Shown here: one piece after another, positions 9,315-20,541 of the stretch | How positions within the stretch are numbered: position 1 is the stretch's first letter | Layout: the number at the start of each line of letters is the position of its first letter | NCBI GenBank assembly: GCA_039589315.1 | Contig: JBDHHQ010000029.1 | Coordinates: forward strand, 1-61,343 | DNA length: 61,343 nt | Origin: Gemmatimonadota bacterium | Lineage (GTDB): Bacteria > Gemmatimonadota > Gemmatimonadetes > Longimicrobiales > Gaopeijiaceae | Direction of reading: 5' to 3' | Program-made: the position numbers and the translations under genes | The notes under the pieces: generated by a model | What the model was told of the DNA's origin: nothing | The model's input: only the letters and a program-made list of their open reading frames with translations | Databases searched by the model: none

Positions 9315-11219
9315 ATGGCAAGCCGACTGCCCGTACTCGGCGAGCGCCCGCCCGTCACGGGTGAGGCACGCGTCTTCGACGTGGACACCCACACGGTCGA
9401 GGTCGTGTCCGACCCAGGAGAGGGAGCGCAGCGCTGCGGCCAGATCTTCGGGGCGGTATCCGCCAAGATGGGGAACGGCGTCTGGACGGTGGAGATCATC
9501 CCTGCCGAGGTCCAGCCTCCGCCCCGCAACCCGACTGGGGCCAGCGGCAACCGGATCCGCATCGGCACCGGACCCGTCACCAACTGGGGTGACCGCACCA
9601 ACCTGGTGGTGGCCTTCAACGAGCAGGTGCTGCTCCATCGGCACCGCCTGGGTGCGCTGGAGGACGACGCGATCGTCCTCCTCGAGAACATGTGGGCGAC
9701 CCACCCGGACGAGGCCATCCAGGCGGAATGGAAGGAGGCCCGGGAAGAGCTGTCCCAGGCGGACTACCGGATCATCGAAGTGCCCATGTATCAGGAGTGC
9801 GTCAAAGAGGTCGAGGATCCGCGCCTGGGCAAGAACATGTTCGTCCTCGGGATGCTCGCCGAGATCTTCGATCGCGACGTTCAGCTGATCCGGGACCAGA
9901 TCGCCTTCGCCTTCCGGAAGAAGGCCCCCGCCGTCACCGAGCGGAACGTCAAGCTGCTGGAGCTCGGCCGGGAGTGGGCCAAGAGCTACCTGGACTTCCG
10001 GGTCAACGTGCCGGCGGTGCCCAGCGAGGAGCCCAAGGTCGTGATGAACGGCAACCAGGCCATAGCCATGGGCGCCATCGCGTCGGGCATGGAGCTGGCG
10101 GCCATGTATCCCATCACGCCGGCCAGCTCGGTCTCGCATCACCTGGGCGTGGTGTTCGAGAGCTTCGGCGGCGTCGTCCACCAGGCCGAAGACGAGATCG
10201 CGGCCGCCGGTGTCGCCCTCGGGGCCTCCTACAGCGGCAAGGTCGCGTTCACCATCACGTCAGGCCCCGGCCTGGCTCTCAAGACCGAGTTTCTGGGCCT
10301 TGCCGTCATGACCGAGCTTCCGCTGGTCGTGGTGGACGTGCAGCGAGGCGGCCCCAGCACCGGGCTCCCGACCAAGGTCGAACAGTCCGACCTGCTCGCC
10401 GCGCTGTTCGGCCAGCCGGGTGACGCGCCCCACGTGATCATCGCGCCGGCGACCATCGAAGAGTGCTTCCACACCATGATCACGGCCCGCCGTATCGCGG
10501 AGACGTTCCGGGCCCTGGTGATCGTGCTGTCGGACGCGAACCTGGCGACCGGCGTAGCGCCGTTCCCCCGTCCGGAGCTGGCGCCGGCGTGGCACGCCTC
10601 CTCCCCGGACATGAGCCCGATCGCCCAGGGACTCAGCCCCTACGACTGGGACGAGCGCACCGGCCTTTCCAGGAGGTTCATACCCGGCCAGCCGGGCGGG
10701 GAGCACACCGTGACGGGACTGGCCCATGACGAGCGCAGCAAGGTGGCCTACACGTCCGAGGTCGTTCAACGATCCTCGGCCATGCGCAGCCGCAAGTTGG
10801 CCGTGCTTCAGCACACCCTCGTACCGCCCGTGGTGCACGGGGACGAGACGGGCGACTTGCTGGTCGTGGGATGGGGGAGCACCAAGGGGGCCATCGAAGA
10901 AGCCGTGGAACGGGCGCGGCGCGAGGGGCTGTCGGTGTCGAGCCTGCACCTCCGCTTCCTGTCGCCGCTGGAGCCTGGCCTCAAGCGGATCTTCAAGCGG
11001 TTCCGCAAGGTCATGACCGTGGAGATCAACTACAGCGACGAGCCCGGCGACCCCTACATTACAGAGGAAAACCGCCGCATGGGCCAACTGGCCTGGCTGC
11101 TCCGCGCTCAAACGCTGGTGGACGTGGACTGTTGGACCCGCGTCCTGGGAGAGCCCCTGCGCCCCGGAGCGATTCACGAGGCCATCCGGCAGAAGATGCC
11201 ACAGGGAGGAACGACGTGA
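9315..11219 (+). CDS. 2-oxoacid:acceptor oxidoreductase alpha subunit (gamma-alpha fusion)
   Basis: MNGNQAIA, YPITPAS, QAEDEIAA, TSGPGLALK, QRGGPSTGLPTK, GWGST. Confidence 0.93.
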   Translation: MASRLPVLGERPPVTGEARVFDVDTHTVEVVSDPGEGAQRCGQIFGAVSAKMGNGVWTVEIIPAEVQPPPRNPTGASGNRIRIGTGPVTNWGDRTNLVVAFNEQVLLHRHRLGALEDDAIVLLENMWATHPDEAIQAEWKEAREELSQADYRIIEVPMYQECVKEVEDPRLGKNMFVLGMLAEIFDRDVQLIRDQIAFAFRKKAPAVTERNVKLLELGREWAKSYLDFRVNVPAVPSEEPKVVMNGNQAIAMGAIASGMELAAMYPITPASSVSHHLGVVFESFGGVVHQAEDEIAAAGVALGASYSGKVAFTITSGPGLALKTEFLGLAVMTELPLVVVDVQRGGPSTGLPTKVEQSDLLAALFGQPGDAPHVIIAPATIEECFHTMITARRIAETFRALVIVLSDANLATGVAPFPRPELAPAWHASSPDMSPIAQGLSPYDWDERTGLSRRFIPGQPGGEHTVTGLAHDERSKVAYTSEVVQRSSAMRSRKLAVLQHTLVPPVVHGDETGDLLVVGWGSTKGAIEEAVERARREGLSVSSLHLRFLSPLEPGLKRIFKRFRKVMTVEINYSDEPGDPYITEENRRMGQLAWLLRAQTLVDVDCWTRVLGEPLRPGAIHEAIRQKMPQGGTT

Positions 11220-12166
11220 GTCACGCTTGCTCGCTGATGCACCTGACCGACGACGAGGAGCTGGAGTACAGTCGGTCCGACTACGAGGGCGGCCTTGCCC
11301 GCTGGTGTCCCGGCTGCGGAGACCATTCGGTGCTGTCGGCCATGCAGCGGCTCCTGGCCGATCACAACCTGCGGCCCGAGGAGACGGTGTTCGTGTCGGG
11401 GATCGGGTGCTCCAGCCGATTCCCCCACTACATGAGCACGTACGGCTTCCACGGCATCCACGGCCGTGCCCTGCCCATCGCGACGGGGGTCAAGCTGCAC
11501 CGGCCGGAGCTGAACGTGTTCGTCGTCATGGGCGACGGGGATTGCATGTCCATCGGCGCGGGGCACTGGGTGCACGCCATGCGCTACAACGTGGATATGG
11601 TCGCCCTGCTCCTGGACAATCAGATCTATGGGATGACCAAGAAGCAGACGTCGCCCACGACGCCCGAAGGTTACGCCTCCAACACGCAGCCCCACGGGAG
11701 CTATCTGCCCCCCATCAACCCCGTGGTGGCCAGCCTCGGCATCTCCAACGCCTCGTTCGTGGCGCAGACCGCCGAGTGGATCCCCCCACACCTCCAGACG
11801 ACGATCGAGGCGGCGTACGAGCACCCGGGCTTCTCCTTTGTCCGGATCATGCAGCGGTGCCCTCACTTCACGGACGACATGTTCACCGAGGAGATCGAGA
11901 ACCCGGATGCGGTCCAGATGCTGGTTCACCCGGACGGCGTCGAGGTGCCGGAGCTGGCGAAGCGGTGGAAGGACCGGCTCCAACACGATCCGTCGAACAT
12001 CGACGAGGCCCGACGCCTGGCGGGGGACGAGAGCAAGCTCAGGCTGGGCGTCTTCTACCGGAACGACGCCCTGAAGACCTACGAGGACAGACGCCACGTG
12101 CCCGCCCACACGGTGGAGGAGAAGATGGCCATCCTGGACGCGGAGCTGGACCGCTATGCCATCTGA
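11216..12166 (+). CDS. 2-oxoacid:ferredoxin oxidoreductase beta (TPP-binding) subunit
   Basis: WCPGCGD, SGIGCSSR, HGRALP, GDGD, NQIYGMTKKQTSPT; GTGA overlap with the alpha stop. Confidence 0.93.
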   Translation: MSHACSLMHLTDDEELEYSRSDYEGGLARWCPGCGDHSVLSAMQRLLADHNLRPEETVFVSGIGCSSRFPHYMSTYGFHGIHGRALPIATGVKLHRPELNVFVVMGDGDCMSIGAGHWVHAMRYNVDMVALLLDNQIYGMTKKQTSPTTPEGYASNTQPHGSYLPPINPVVASLGISNASFVAQTAEWIPPHLQTTIEAAYEHPGFSFVRIMQRCPHFTDDMFTEEIENPDAVQMLVHPDGVEVPELAKRWKDRLQHDPSNIDEARRLAGDESKLRLGVFYRNDALKTYEDRRHVPAHTVEEKMAILDAELDRYAI

Positions 12167-13187
12167 GGGAGCACCCGTGGACCGGGTCCGGGAGGTGGTC
12201 CGGGACCGAATGGAGGAGTTCCAATCCGCTCTGGTCCGAGCCGTGGAAGATGTCCGCGGCTTCCTGGCCGGACATCGCGCGCCGGCCGGCGACCGATCCC
12301 CCCAAGTGGCGGCGCAGCTCGGTGCCTTCGGAGCGGGACGTATCGACCCCGCCCGCTTCGCGAGCCTGTTGACCGTTCCGGAGACCCTCGACGCGGAGCG
12401 CCTGCACCGGGTGGAGAAGGCCCTGTCCCACCTCGAGGCCCTGGAGGTCCGAGGCGACGAGCTCTACCGCACCAAGGTCCCCCCCGGGGGGGACCTCCGG
12501 GATACGGTGGCCCATGCCCTGGCCACGGTGGGCGGCGCCTTCGGAATGATCCGGGTCGTCGCCTCAGCCAGGGATGGCCGCTCGGAGCCTCTGGACCCCG
12601 CCGACTTCACCCACGGCTTCCCGGCCCGCCGTTGGGGCCGCTCGGAGAGGAAGATGGCGCCTCCCCTGGTCGTCGAGGTCAGGGGTGAGGACCTCGTCGT
12701 CGGTGGCCTGGGCGAGTTCCTGGAGGGTGGGCTCGAGATCGTGCTGGTGGTGGAGGGGAAGACACCGCCCGCGCCACTGGCACGCCTGATCGCTCCGGGG
12801 GTGTTCGTCGTGCAGACGACGGAGGCCGCGGGGCTGGCCGCCGCCATGGCCTTCGATGGACCGGTCGTGGCGGCGGTGATGCCCGAGGGCGCCGCTCGCT
12901 TCACCCACGATCCCGCGGCGGGAGCGAGCTACGGCGCACGACTCACCGTGCATGAGGCAGCGGATCCGGACGCGCTCGCGCCCGTAGGTCCCCTCTCGGT
13001 CTTCCAGCAGGCACAGGACCTGGCACACCTGGAGGCGTTGGTTCGGGGAGGGGCCCCGGCAGGTGCGGCTGCGGGTCCCGTGGCTGCCGGCGCGGCGGGT
13101 GCCGAAGGGCCCCTGGGGGGTGAATCCACGCCCGCGGACCGCCTGGCCGGCTGGCTGCTCCAGCAGGCCCAGCTGCCCGTCGACTGA
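12156..13187 (+). CDS. Hypothetical protein within the OFOR-Rnf operon
   Basis: Overlaps the beta gene, 12 bp gap to rnfB, genome-typical codon usage; no recognised motif. Confidence 0.8.
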   Translation: MPSEGAPVDRVREVVRDRMEEFQSALVRAVEDVRGFLAGHRAPAGDRSPQVAAQLGAFGAGRIDPARFASLLTVPETLDAERLHRVEKALSHLEALEVRGDELYRTKVPPGGDLRDTVAHALATVGGAFGMIRVVASARDGRSEPLDPADFTHGFPARRWGRSERKMAPPLVVEVRGEDLVVGGLGEFLEGGLEIVLVVEGKTPPAPLARLIAPGVFVVQTTEAAGLAAAMAFDGPVVAAVMPEGAARFTHDPAAGASYGARLTVHEAADPDALAPVGPLSVFQQAQDLAHLEALVRGGAPAGAAAGPVAAGAAGAEGPLGGESTPADRLAGWLLQQAQLPVD

Positions 13188-13199
13188 CGGGGGCCGATC

Positions 13200-14051
13200 A
13201 TGGAACCGACCGCCATCCTGACTTCGGTCGCGATCCTGGGAGGCGTGGGTCTCACCTTCGGGGCCCTCATCGCCCTGGCGCACCGCAAGATGAAGGTGTG
13301 GGAGGACCCGCGCATCGACGAGGCGGTGGAGCTGCTGCCCGGGACCAACTGCGGCGCATGCGGGTTCGCCGGCTGCCGGGCCTTCGCCGAGGCGAACATC
13401 TCGGGTGAGGCCGTGCCCGCCGGGTGCACCGTCATGGGAGCTCCGGAGGTGGAGGACTTCGCGGCCTATCTGGGCGTCGAGGCCGGCGAGGCGAACAGGC
13501 GGGTGGCCCGGCTCCTTTGCGCGGGTGGCTCCGACGTGGCATTGCGGAAGGCGGACTACTACGGGGTCGAGAGCTGCGCGGCGGCGGTCGCCGTCAGCGG
13601 CGGTGGGAAGGGCTGCGTCTGGGGCTGCGTGGGCCTGGCCGATTGCGCGGTAGTGTGCGACTTCGACGCCATCCACATGACGCCCCACGGCCTGCCCCTC
13701 GTGGACCCGGACAAGTGCACCGCGTGCAACGACTGCGTCGTGGCTTGCCCGCTGGACCTGTTCGTCTTGATGCCGCTGGACCATCACCTGATCGTCCAGT
13801 GCAAGAACCTGTTGGAGGGAGACGCCGCCACCGACCTTTGCTCGGTGGCGTGCAACGCGTGCGGCCGCTGCGTGGCGGACGCCGCACCGGGCCTGATCGA
13901 GATGCAGCAGGGCCTGGCCGTGATCGACTATGAGAAGGTGGAGCTCGCCAACCCCGACGCCATCGCCCGGTGCCCCACCGACGCGATCGTGTGGGTCGAG
14001 GGAGCTCAGACATTCGCTGGCGCAGACCTGGTGGAGACCCAGCCGACATGA
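13200..14051 (+). CDS. rnfB: Rnf complex subunit B (membrane-anchored polyferredoxin)
   Basis: N-terminal TM helix, LPGTNCGACGFAGC, GCVGLADC, CTACNDC, CNACGRC. Confidence 0.92.
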   Translation: MEPTAILTSVAILGGVGLTFGALIALAHRKMKVWEDPRIDEAVELLPGTNCGACGFAGCRAFAEANISGEAVPAGCTVMGAPEVEDFAAYLGVEAGEANRRVARLLCAGGSDVALRKADYYGVESCAAAVAVSGGGKGCVWGCVGLADCAVVCDFDAIHMTPHGLPLVDPDKCTACNDCVVACPLDLFVLMPLDHHLIVQCKNLLEGDAATDLCSVACNACGRCVADAAPGLIEMQQGLAVIDYEKVELANPDAIARCPTDAIVWVEGAQTFAGADLVETQPT

Positions 14052-17000
14052 TCATGAAGAAGAAGACACAGACGCCCGAGTCCCCGAAGTACCCCGGGAC
14101 CCTGGAGGCCATGGACGGCAGCGACGCCGTCGTGTCCATGGAGACCGCCACCTTCGACCCAGATGGGTGAGGGGTGGGCCGCCGCTGTGGCCGCCGGCAA
14201 GACGAACGTCAACGGACGGCGGCTCATCTTCTTCGAGCCGGAGGGCGAGCACGCGGCGGCAGCGGTCACCGCGGGCATGAGCATGATGGGTCTGCGGGCC
14301 ACGAACTTCTCCAGCGGCCAGGGCATCGCCTACATGCACGAGTCGCTGTACGCGGCCGCGGGGAAGCGGCTCACCTACGTGCTCAACGTGGCCGCCCGGG
14401 CCATGACCAAGCACGCCCTGAACGTGCACGCCGGCCACGACGACTACCACGCCATCGACGACACCGGGTTCTTCCAGCTCTTCAGCAAGAACGTCCAGGA
14501 GGCCGCCGACCTGACCCTGATCGCCCACCGGATCGCCGAGCTTTCGCTGACGCCCGGCGTGAGCGCCCAGGACGGGTTCCTCACCAGCCACGTCATCGAG
14601 TCGCTCCGGCTGCCGGAGCGGGCGCTCGTCAAGGAGTACCTGGGCGACCCCTCGGACGTCATCGAGTCGCCGACTCCGGCCCAACGGATGGTCTTCGGTG
14701 AGACACGGCGACGCATCCCCGAGCTCTTCGACCTGGACTATCCCAGCATGTTCGGCGTGGTCCAGAACCAGGACTCCTACGCCCAGGGCGTGGCCGCCCA
14801 GCGGCCCTTCTACTTCGACCATGTGGTCCACCTCGCCGACCAGGCCATGGAGGAGTACGCGGCCCTCACCGGTCGCCGGTACGCCCGGGCAGCGGGGTAC
14901 ATGCTGGACGACGCGGAGTATGTGCTGGCGGGTCAGGGCACCCTGGTCACCAACGCCGAGGCCGTGGCCAAGTACCTGAGGGAGACACGGGGCCTCAAGA
15001 TCGGTGTCCTCAACCTGACCATGTTCCGCCCCTTCCCGGCCGACCTCGTCACGGCGCTGCTCAAGGGCCGGAAGGCCGTCACCGTCCTGGAGCGCGCCGA
15101 CCAACCCCTGGCGGTCGACGGGCCGCTCCTTCGCGAGATCCGGGCGGCCATGACCCAGGGCATGGAAAACTGGCGTGCCGGGACGCGAAACGGCCGCCCC
15201 GGAGCCACGACGCCCTTCACGGGCCTCGCGCCCGTCGCTCCCGACGACATGCCCGACTTCTACGAGGGGGGCTTCGGGTTCGGTAGCCGGGACCTGCAGG
15301 CGGGGGACCTGGTGGCGGCCGTGAACAACATGCTACCCGACGGCCAGCACCGCCGTCACTTCTACCTGGGCATCGACTTCGTCGAGAAGAAGACCCGGGC
15401 GCCCAAGCTCCAGATCTGGCAAGAGGAGCTTCTGCAGGCCTATCCGGATCTGGCCGGCCTGGCGCTGGACTCGGTGGGCGATCTGGACCTCATGCCCGAC
15501 GACTCCATATCCATCCGCATCCACTCGATCGGCGGCTGGGGCGCCATAACCATGGGCAAGAACATCGCCCTGACGGCGTTCGAGCTCCTGGGGCTCAACA
15601 TCAAGGCGAACCCCAAGTACGGCTCGGAGAAGAAGGGCCAACCCACCAACTTCTACGCGACCCTGTCTCGGGACGAGCTCCTGATCAACGCCGAGCTCAA
15701 GCATGTGGACTTGGTGCTCTCGCCCGACCCCAACGTCTTCAAGAACGGCGACCCCCTGAGCGGGCTCGCCGAGGGCGGGGTCTTCGTCATTCAGAGCGAC
15801 CAGGAGCCCGGCGAGCTCTGGGAGACGTTCCCGGCCGAGGCGCGCCGGACCATCGTGGAGCGGAACATCAAGGTCTTCACGCTGGACGCCTTCAAGATCG
15901 CCGTGGAGGAGGCGTCGGACCCGGATCTCCGGTACCGGATGCAGGGGACCGCGTTCCTGGGATCGTTCTTCAAGGCGTCGCCCCTCGCCGAGCGCGAGGG
16001 CCTGGACGAGGACAAGCTGTTCGAGGGGATCCGGGCACAGATCCAACACAAGTTCGGCCACCGAGGCGAACGGGTGGTGGAGGATAACGTCCGGGTGATC
16101 CGGCGGGGCTACGACGAGCTCCGGGAGGTGCCCCTGGGTGACGTGGGTCAGGACGAGCCAGGCGCCCACGTCATGCCGGTGATCCCCCATGCGCTGGACG
16201 TTCCCGAGGCCCAGCCAGGCGTGGGCAATCCCGGACGGTTCTGGGAGCAGGTGTGCGCGTATTGCGCCACCACCGGCAACGACGTGATCGCCGATCCGTT
16301 CGCGGCGATCAGCGCGATACCTGCCGCCACGAGCTCCGTGCGGGACATGACCAACATCCGCTTCGAGGTCCCCGACTTCATCGCGGAGAAGTGCACGGGC
16401 TGCAGCCAGTGCTGGATGCAGTGCCCCGACGCGGCGATCCCCGGTGTGGTCAACACCGTGGAGGAGGTTCTGGACGCGGCCATCGTCGCTGCCTCCAACG
16501 GGCGCTCCTACCCTCGCCTCACGCAGATTGCCGGACACCTGGCCCGCGAGTCCAGGAAGATCATGAAGGGCGTCCCGTTCACGACGTTCGGTGACGTGCT
16601 GTCGTCGGCGTACGAGAACGTGGTCCCGAAGCTCGGCTGGGACGCGGAGCGGACGAAGACGCTCGATGACGAGTTCAGCGCGGTCTTCCCGCACATCGCC
16701 GAGTTCCCGCTGGCCAAGACCCGGCCGTTCTTCGACGTGCCGGAATCCCGGGAGAAGGGCACGGGCGGGCTGCTGTCCATCACCGTGAACCCCGAGGCGT
16801 GCAAGGGCTGCAACATCTGCGTGGACGTCTGTCCCGAGAACGCCCTGATCACCGTGCGCCAGGACGAGGAGATCGTAGACCGGCTCCGCCGCAATTGGGG
16901 CATGTGGGAGTATCTACCGGACACGGACGACCGCTACGTCAACATCTCCAACCTCGACGACGGCATCGGTGTCCTCTCGTCCCTGCTTCTCAAGAAGAAG

Positions 17001-19085
17001 AACTACCAATCGATGGCCGGCGGCGACGGCGCCTGCATGGGCTGCGGCGAGAAGACCGCCGTCCACATCCTGGTCTCCACGATCGAGGGGCTGATGATCC
17101 CCCGCGTCGAGAAGTTCGTCGAGAGGATCGACGGTCTGATCGAGACGCTGGACGGGAAGGCCCGGGACCTGCTGGCCGCCCACGCGAACCTCGACGAGGC
17201 GGACCGGGAAGCCCACGTGGACGTGGAGCTGCCCGAGGAGGCGCGGGAGCGCATCCAACTCCTCAACAAGGCGATCCACGAGCTGAAGGACCTGAAGTGG
17301 CGGTACGAGGAGGGACCGGGGGGCCAGGGTCGGGCGCCCATGGGCATGAGCAACTCCACCGGCTGCTCGTCCGTGTGGGGGAGCACGTATCCGTACAACC
17401 CGTACCCCTTCCCCTGGGTGAACCACCTCTTCCAGGACGCGCCCTCCATCGCCATCGGCCTGTTCGAAGGCCACATGCGCAAGATGGGCGACAACTTCGT
17501 GTCGGTGCGTCGGGCCGAGCTCCTGGCTGACGACGATTACGACGCCGAGGAGCACGAGCCTTTCCTCGCCACCTTCGATTGGCACCAGTTCAGCGATGAG
17601 GAGTTCAAGCTCTGCCCGCCCATCCTGGCCATGGGCGGAGACGGGGCCATGCTGGACATCGGCTTCCAGAACCTGTCTCGCCTGTTGGCGTCCGGGAAGC
17701 CGATCCGGGTCGTGGTGCTGGACACCCAGGTCTACTCGAATACCGGGGGGCAGTCCTGCACGAGCGGCTTTACGGGACAGGTGGCCGACATGGCCGCGTT
17801 CGGCAAGGTACAGCACGGCAAGACCGAGACGCGGAAGGAGCTGTCCCTCATCGCCCTGGCGCACCGGGGCGCCTATGTGCTCCAGACGTCACAGGCGTCT
17901 CCCTCGCACATGATGCAGGGCATCCTGCACGGACTCAACTCCAAGCGTCCGGCGGTCTTCAACATCTACACGCCCTGCCCGGTGGAGCACGGCGTGGCGG
18001 ACGAGTGGGCACCCCACTCCGCGCGCCTGGCGCTGGAGAGCCGTGCGTTCCCGTTCATGACGTTCGACCCGGACGCGGGTCAGGCCCTGGCCGATTGCAT
18101 CAGCCTGGACGGAAACCCCGAGGTGGAAGACGACTGGCCCACCTACGAGCTGAAGTACGTGGACGAGGACGGGGCGGAGCAGGCCATGGAGCTGCCCCTC
18201 ACCACGGGTGACTGGGCGGCCACCGAGGGCCGCTTCAAGAAGCACTTCCGGCCCGTCAAGGACGCCGACGACCTGGTGCCCTTTGCCGAGTTCGTGGAGA
18301 TGTCGACCGACGACCGGGTGGGCAAGACCCCCTTCATCTACACGTTGGCCGAGGACCGGAAGCTCGACCGTCTGGCGAGCTCTCTCGAGATGATCGAGCT
18401 GGCCGAGGACCGGCAGCTTCTCTGGTCCCAGATGAAGGAGCTCGCCGGTCTGGAGGTCGCGCCGTGGGTCAAGGACCGACTCGGCCAGGACATGGAGGAC
18501 CAGTTCGACCGGAAGGCCGAGGCCCTGCGCCAGGAGTACGAGGCCAAGATGGCCGAGCTCAAGGCCAGCTATCCGTCGCTGATCGCCCACCGTTTGGCCG
18601 AAGGGCTGCTGCGGGCCGGCCGGAACCGGACCATCGAGGAGGTCCTGAACGAGGCGGCCAGCGCCCCGCCCGTGCAGGTGGATCCTGCCATGCTCGGTGG
18701 CGTGGCGCTGGGGGCCGGGCCCGAAGGGAACGGGGGTGGCACGGCCGTGGCCGCGCCGCCGGTGGAGGCGCGGCCCACAGGAGCGGCCGCCCCTGCGGCA
18801 CCGGTGGTCGAGGAGGAGGAGGAAGAGGAAGCGCTGGCCATGGAGCCGTACGTCGACACGGCCCTGTGCACCAGCTGCAACGAGTGCACGAACATCAACC
18901 GCAAGCTCTTCGCATACGACGACAACAAGCAGGCGTACATCAAGGACGCCCGGGCCGGCACGTTCGCCGAGATCGTCAAGGCGGCGGAGCTGTGCCCGGC
19001 CGGCATCATCCACCCCGGCACGCCCCTGAATCCGAAGGAGAGGGATCTGGAGAAGTGGATCGAGCGGGCGAAGCCCTTCAACTGA
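14048..19085 (+). pseudogene. Giant PFOR (NifJ-type) 2-oxoacid oxidoreductase with C-terminal fused ferredoxin; frameshifted at ~14150 as assembled
   Basis: KYPG..AMDG in one frame, PSTQMGE onward in the +1 frame; EGEH, GGWGAIT, NPKYGSEKKG, CTGCSQC, CKGCNIC, CMGCGEK, GDGAMLDIG, C-terminal CTSCNEC..CP. Family call is firm; pseudogene versus assembly error is unresolved. Confidence 0.75.
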
Positions 19086-19213
19086 TGAGGCCGAGGCGCC
19101 GGATGCCGAGCGGACCCCCGGTCGTCCGTCCGGAGATCCTGATGACGCGGTTGGGCCTGGCCTCCGCGAGGAGCGGCGCGGTGGTCCAGCGCGTCTTGTG
19201 GGAAACCCGGTGA
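19085..19213 (+). CDS. Putative 42-aa bridging ORF
   Basis: Starts in a TGATG overlap with the PFOR stop and ends in a TGATG overlap with the rnfC start. Confidence 0.35.
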   Translation: MRPRRRMPSGPPVVRPEILMTRLGLASARSGAVVQRVLWETR

Positions 19214-20541
19214 TGTTCGGTCGTTTCACCTTCCGGCACGGCGTGCATCCGCCCGACTCCAAGTCGCTGACCGAGTCGGTGCCGATCCGGCGCATGCCTT
19301 TTCCCGACGAGATCCACCTGCCTCTGAGGCAGCACGCTGGGAAGCCGGCCCGGTTGCTGGTCAAGAAGGGCGACCGCGTGGAGCGGGGAGACCTCATCGG
19401 CGAGCCCCAGGGCTTCATCTCGGTGCCCATCCACGCATCGGCGGCGGGGACGGTGACCGACGTGGGGTGGTGGCCCCACCCCGGCGGTGGCATGGAGGAG
19501 ACGGTACGCATCCGGGTCGAGCCGTTTTCTCCCCAGATTCCCCGGCCCCGCATCGTCCCCCGCTACGAGGGCCTCACGCCCAAGGAGATCGTCGATGCCG
19601 TCCAGCACGCCGGCGTGGTGGGGCTGGGCGGGGCGGCGTTCCCGACTCACGTGAAGCTGCTGCCCCCCGAGGGGGTGGACGTGAACCTGCTCCTGGTGAA
19701 CGGCGCCGAGTGCGAGCCCTACCTGACCACGGACCACCGGGTCATGGTGGAGTACCCGGAGCGGGTCCACTTCGGTATCCGGGTCATGATGCACACGCTG
19801 CAGGTGGAGCGCGTGGTCATCGGCGTCGAGAAGAACAAACCCGACGCCATCGAGGCGCTGAACGCCGCGAAGACCGACGATCTGGACGTCACCGTGCTCC
19901 CCCTCACGGTAAAGTATCCACAGGGCGCCGAGAAGATGCTCATCGAGACGGTGACCGGGTTCGAGGTTCCGTCGGGCAAGCTGCCGGCCCATGTCGGCAC
20001 GGTGGTGCAGAACGTCGGGTCCATCGCGGCCATCGCCGAGGTCTTCGAGACTGGCTATCCCCTCATCGAGCGCGTGGTCACCGTCACCGGTCCGGGGGTG
20101 CGCCGGCCGTCCAACCTCATCGTTCCGGTGGGCACCAAGCTCCGGGACCTGCTGGACTTTTGCGGAGGCCTCACCGACGACGCCGCGGAGCTGGTCCTCG
20201 GGGGACCCATGATGGGGGCGTGCCAGCCGGATCTCGACGCGCCCGTCATCAAGGGGACGACAGGCGTCGTGGTCCTCACCCACGCCGAGGTCAAGCCCAA
20301 GCACTCATATCCGTGCATCAAGTGCGGGCACTGCCTCGACGCCTGCCCGATCTTTCTGAATCCGCAGCTTCTGGGCTCGCTGGCGCAGGTGGGCCGGTAC
20401 GCCGAGATGGAAGCGGCCAACCTGATGGACTGCATGCTCTGCGGGTGCTGCTCCTACGTGTGTCCCTCCAACATCCCCCTGTCACAGATGTTTGCGCTGG
20501 GGAAGACCGCCCTTCGCCGGCACAAGGCTCAAGTCGCATGA
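19213..20541 (+). CDS. rnfC: Rnf complex subunit C
   Basis: HGVHPP, QHAGKPA, GLGGAAFPT, NGAECEPYLT, YPQGAEK, GGPMMG, CIKCGHC, CMLCGCC. Confidence 0.95.
   Translation: MFGRFTFRHGVHPPDSKSLTESVPIRRMPFPDEIHLPLRQHAGKPARLLVKKGDRVERGDLIGEPQGFISVPIHASAAGTVTDVGWWPHPGGGMEETVRIRVEPFSPQIPRPRIVPRYEGLTPKEIVDAVQHAGVVGLGGAAFPTHVKLLPPEGVDVNLLLVNGAECEPYLTTDHRVMVEYPERVHFGIRVMMHTLQVERVVIGVEKNKPDAIEALNAAKTDDLDVTVLPLTVKYPQGAEKMLIETVTGFEVPSGKLPAHVGTVVQNVGSIAAIAEVFETGYPLIERVVTVTGPGVRRPSNLIVPVGTKLRDLLDFCGGLTDDAAELVLGGPMMGACQPDLDAPVIKGTTGVVVLTHAEVKPKHSYPCIKCGHCLDACPIFLNPQLLGSLAQVGRYAEMEAANLMDCMLCGCCSYVCPSNIPLSQMFALGKTALRRHKAQVA

Noticed and set aside
14168..14170. TGA in PFOR as selenocysteine or a programmed frameshift site
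   Set aside because: The downstream gene is in another frame, conserved residues are physically missing and no slippery site is evident
19082..19210. CTGATGA...GAAA as a hammerhead ribozyme core
   Set aside because: Stem II does not close directly onto GAAA and no consistent stems I and III were found
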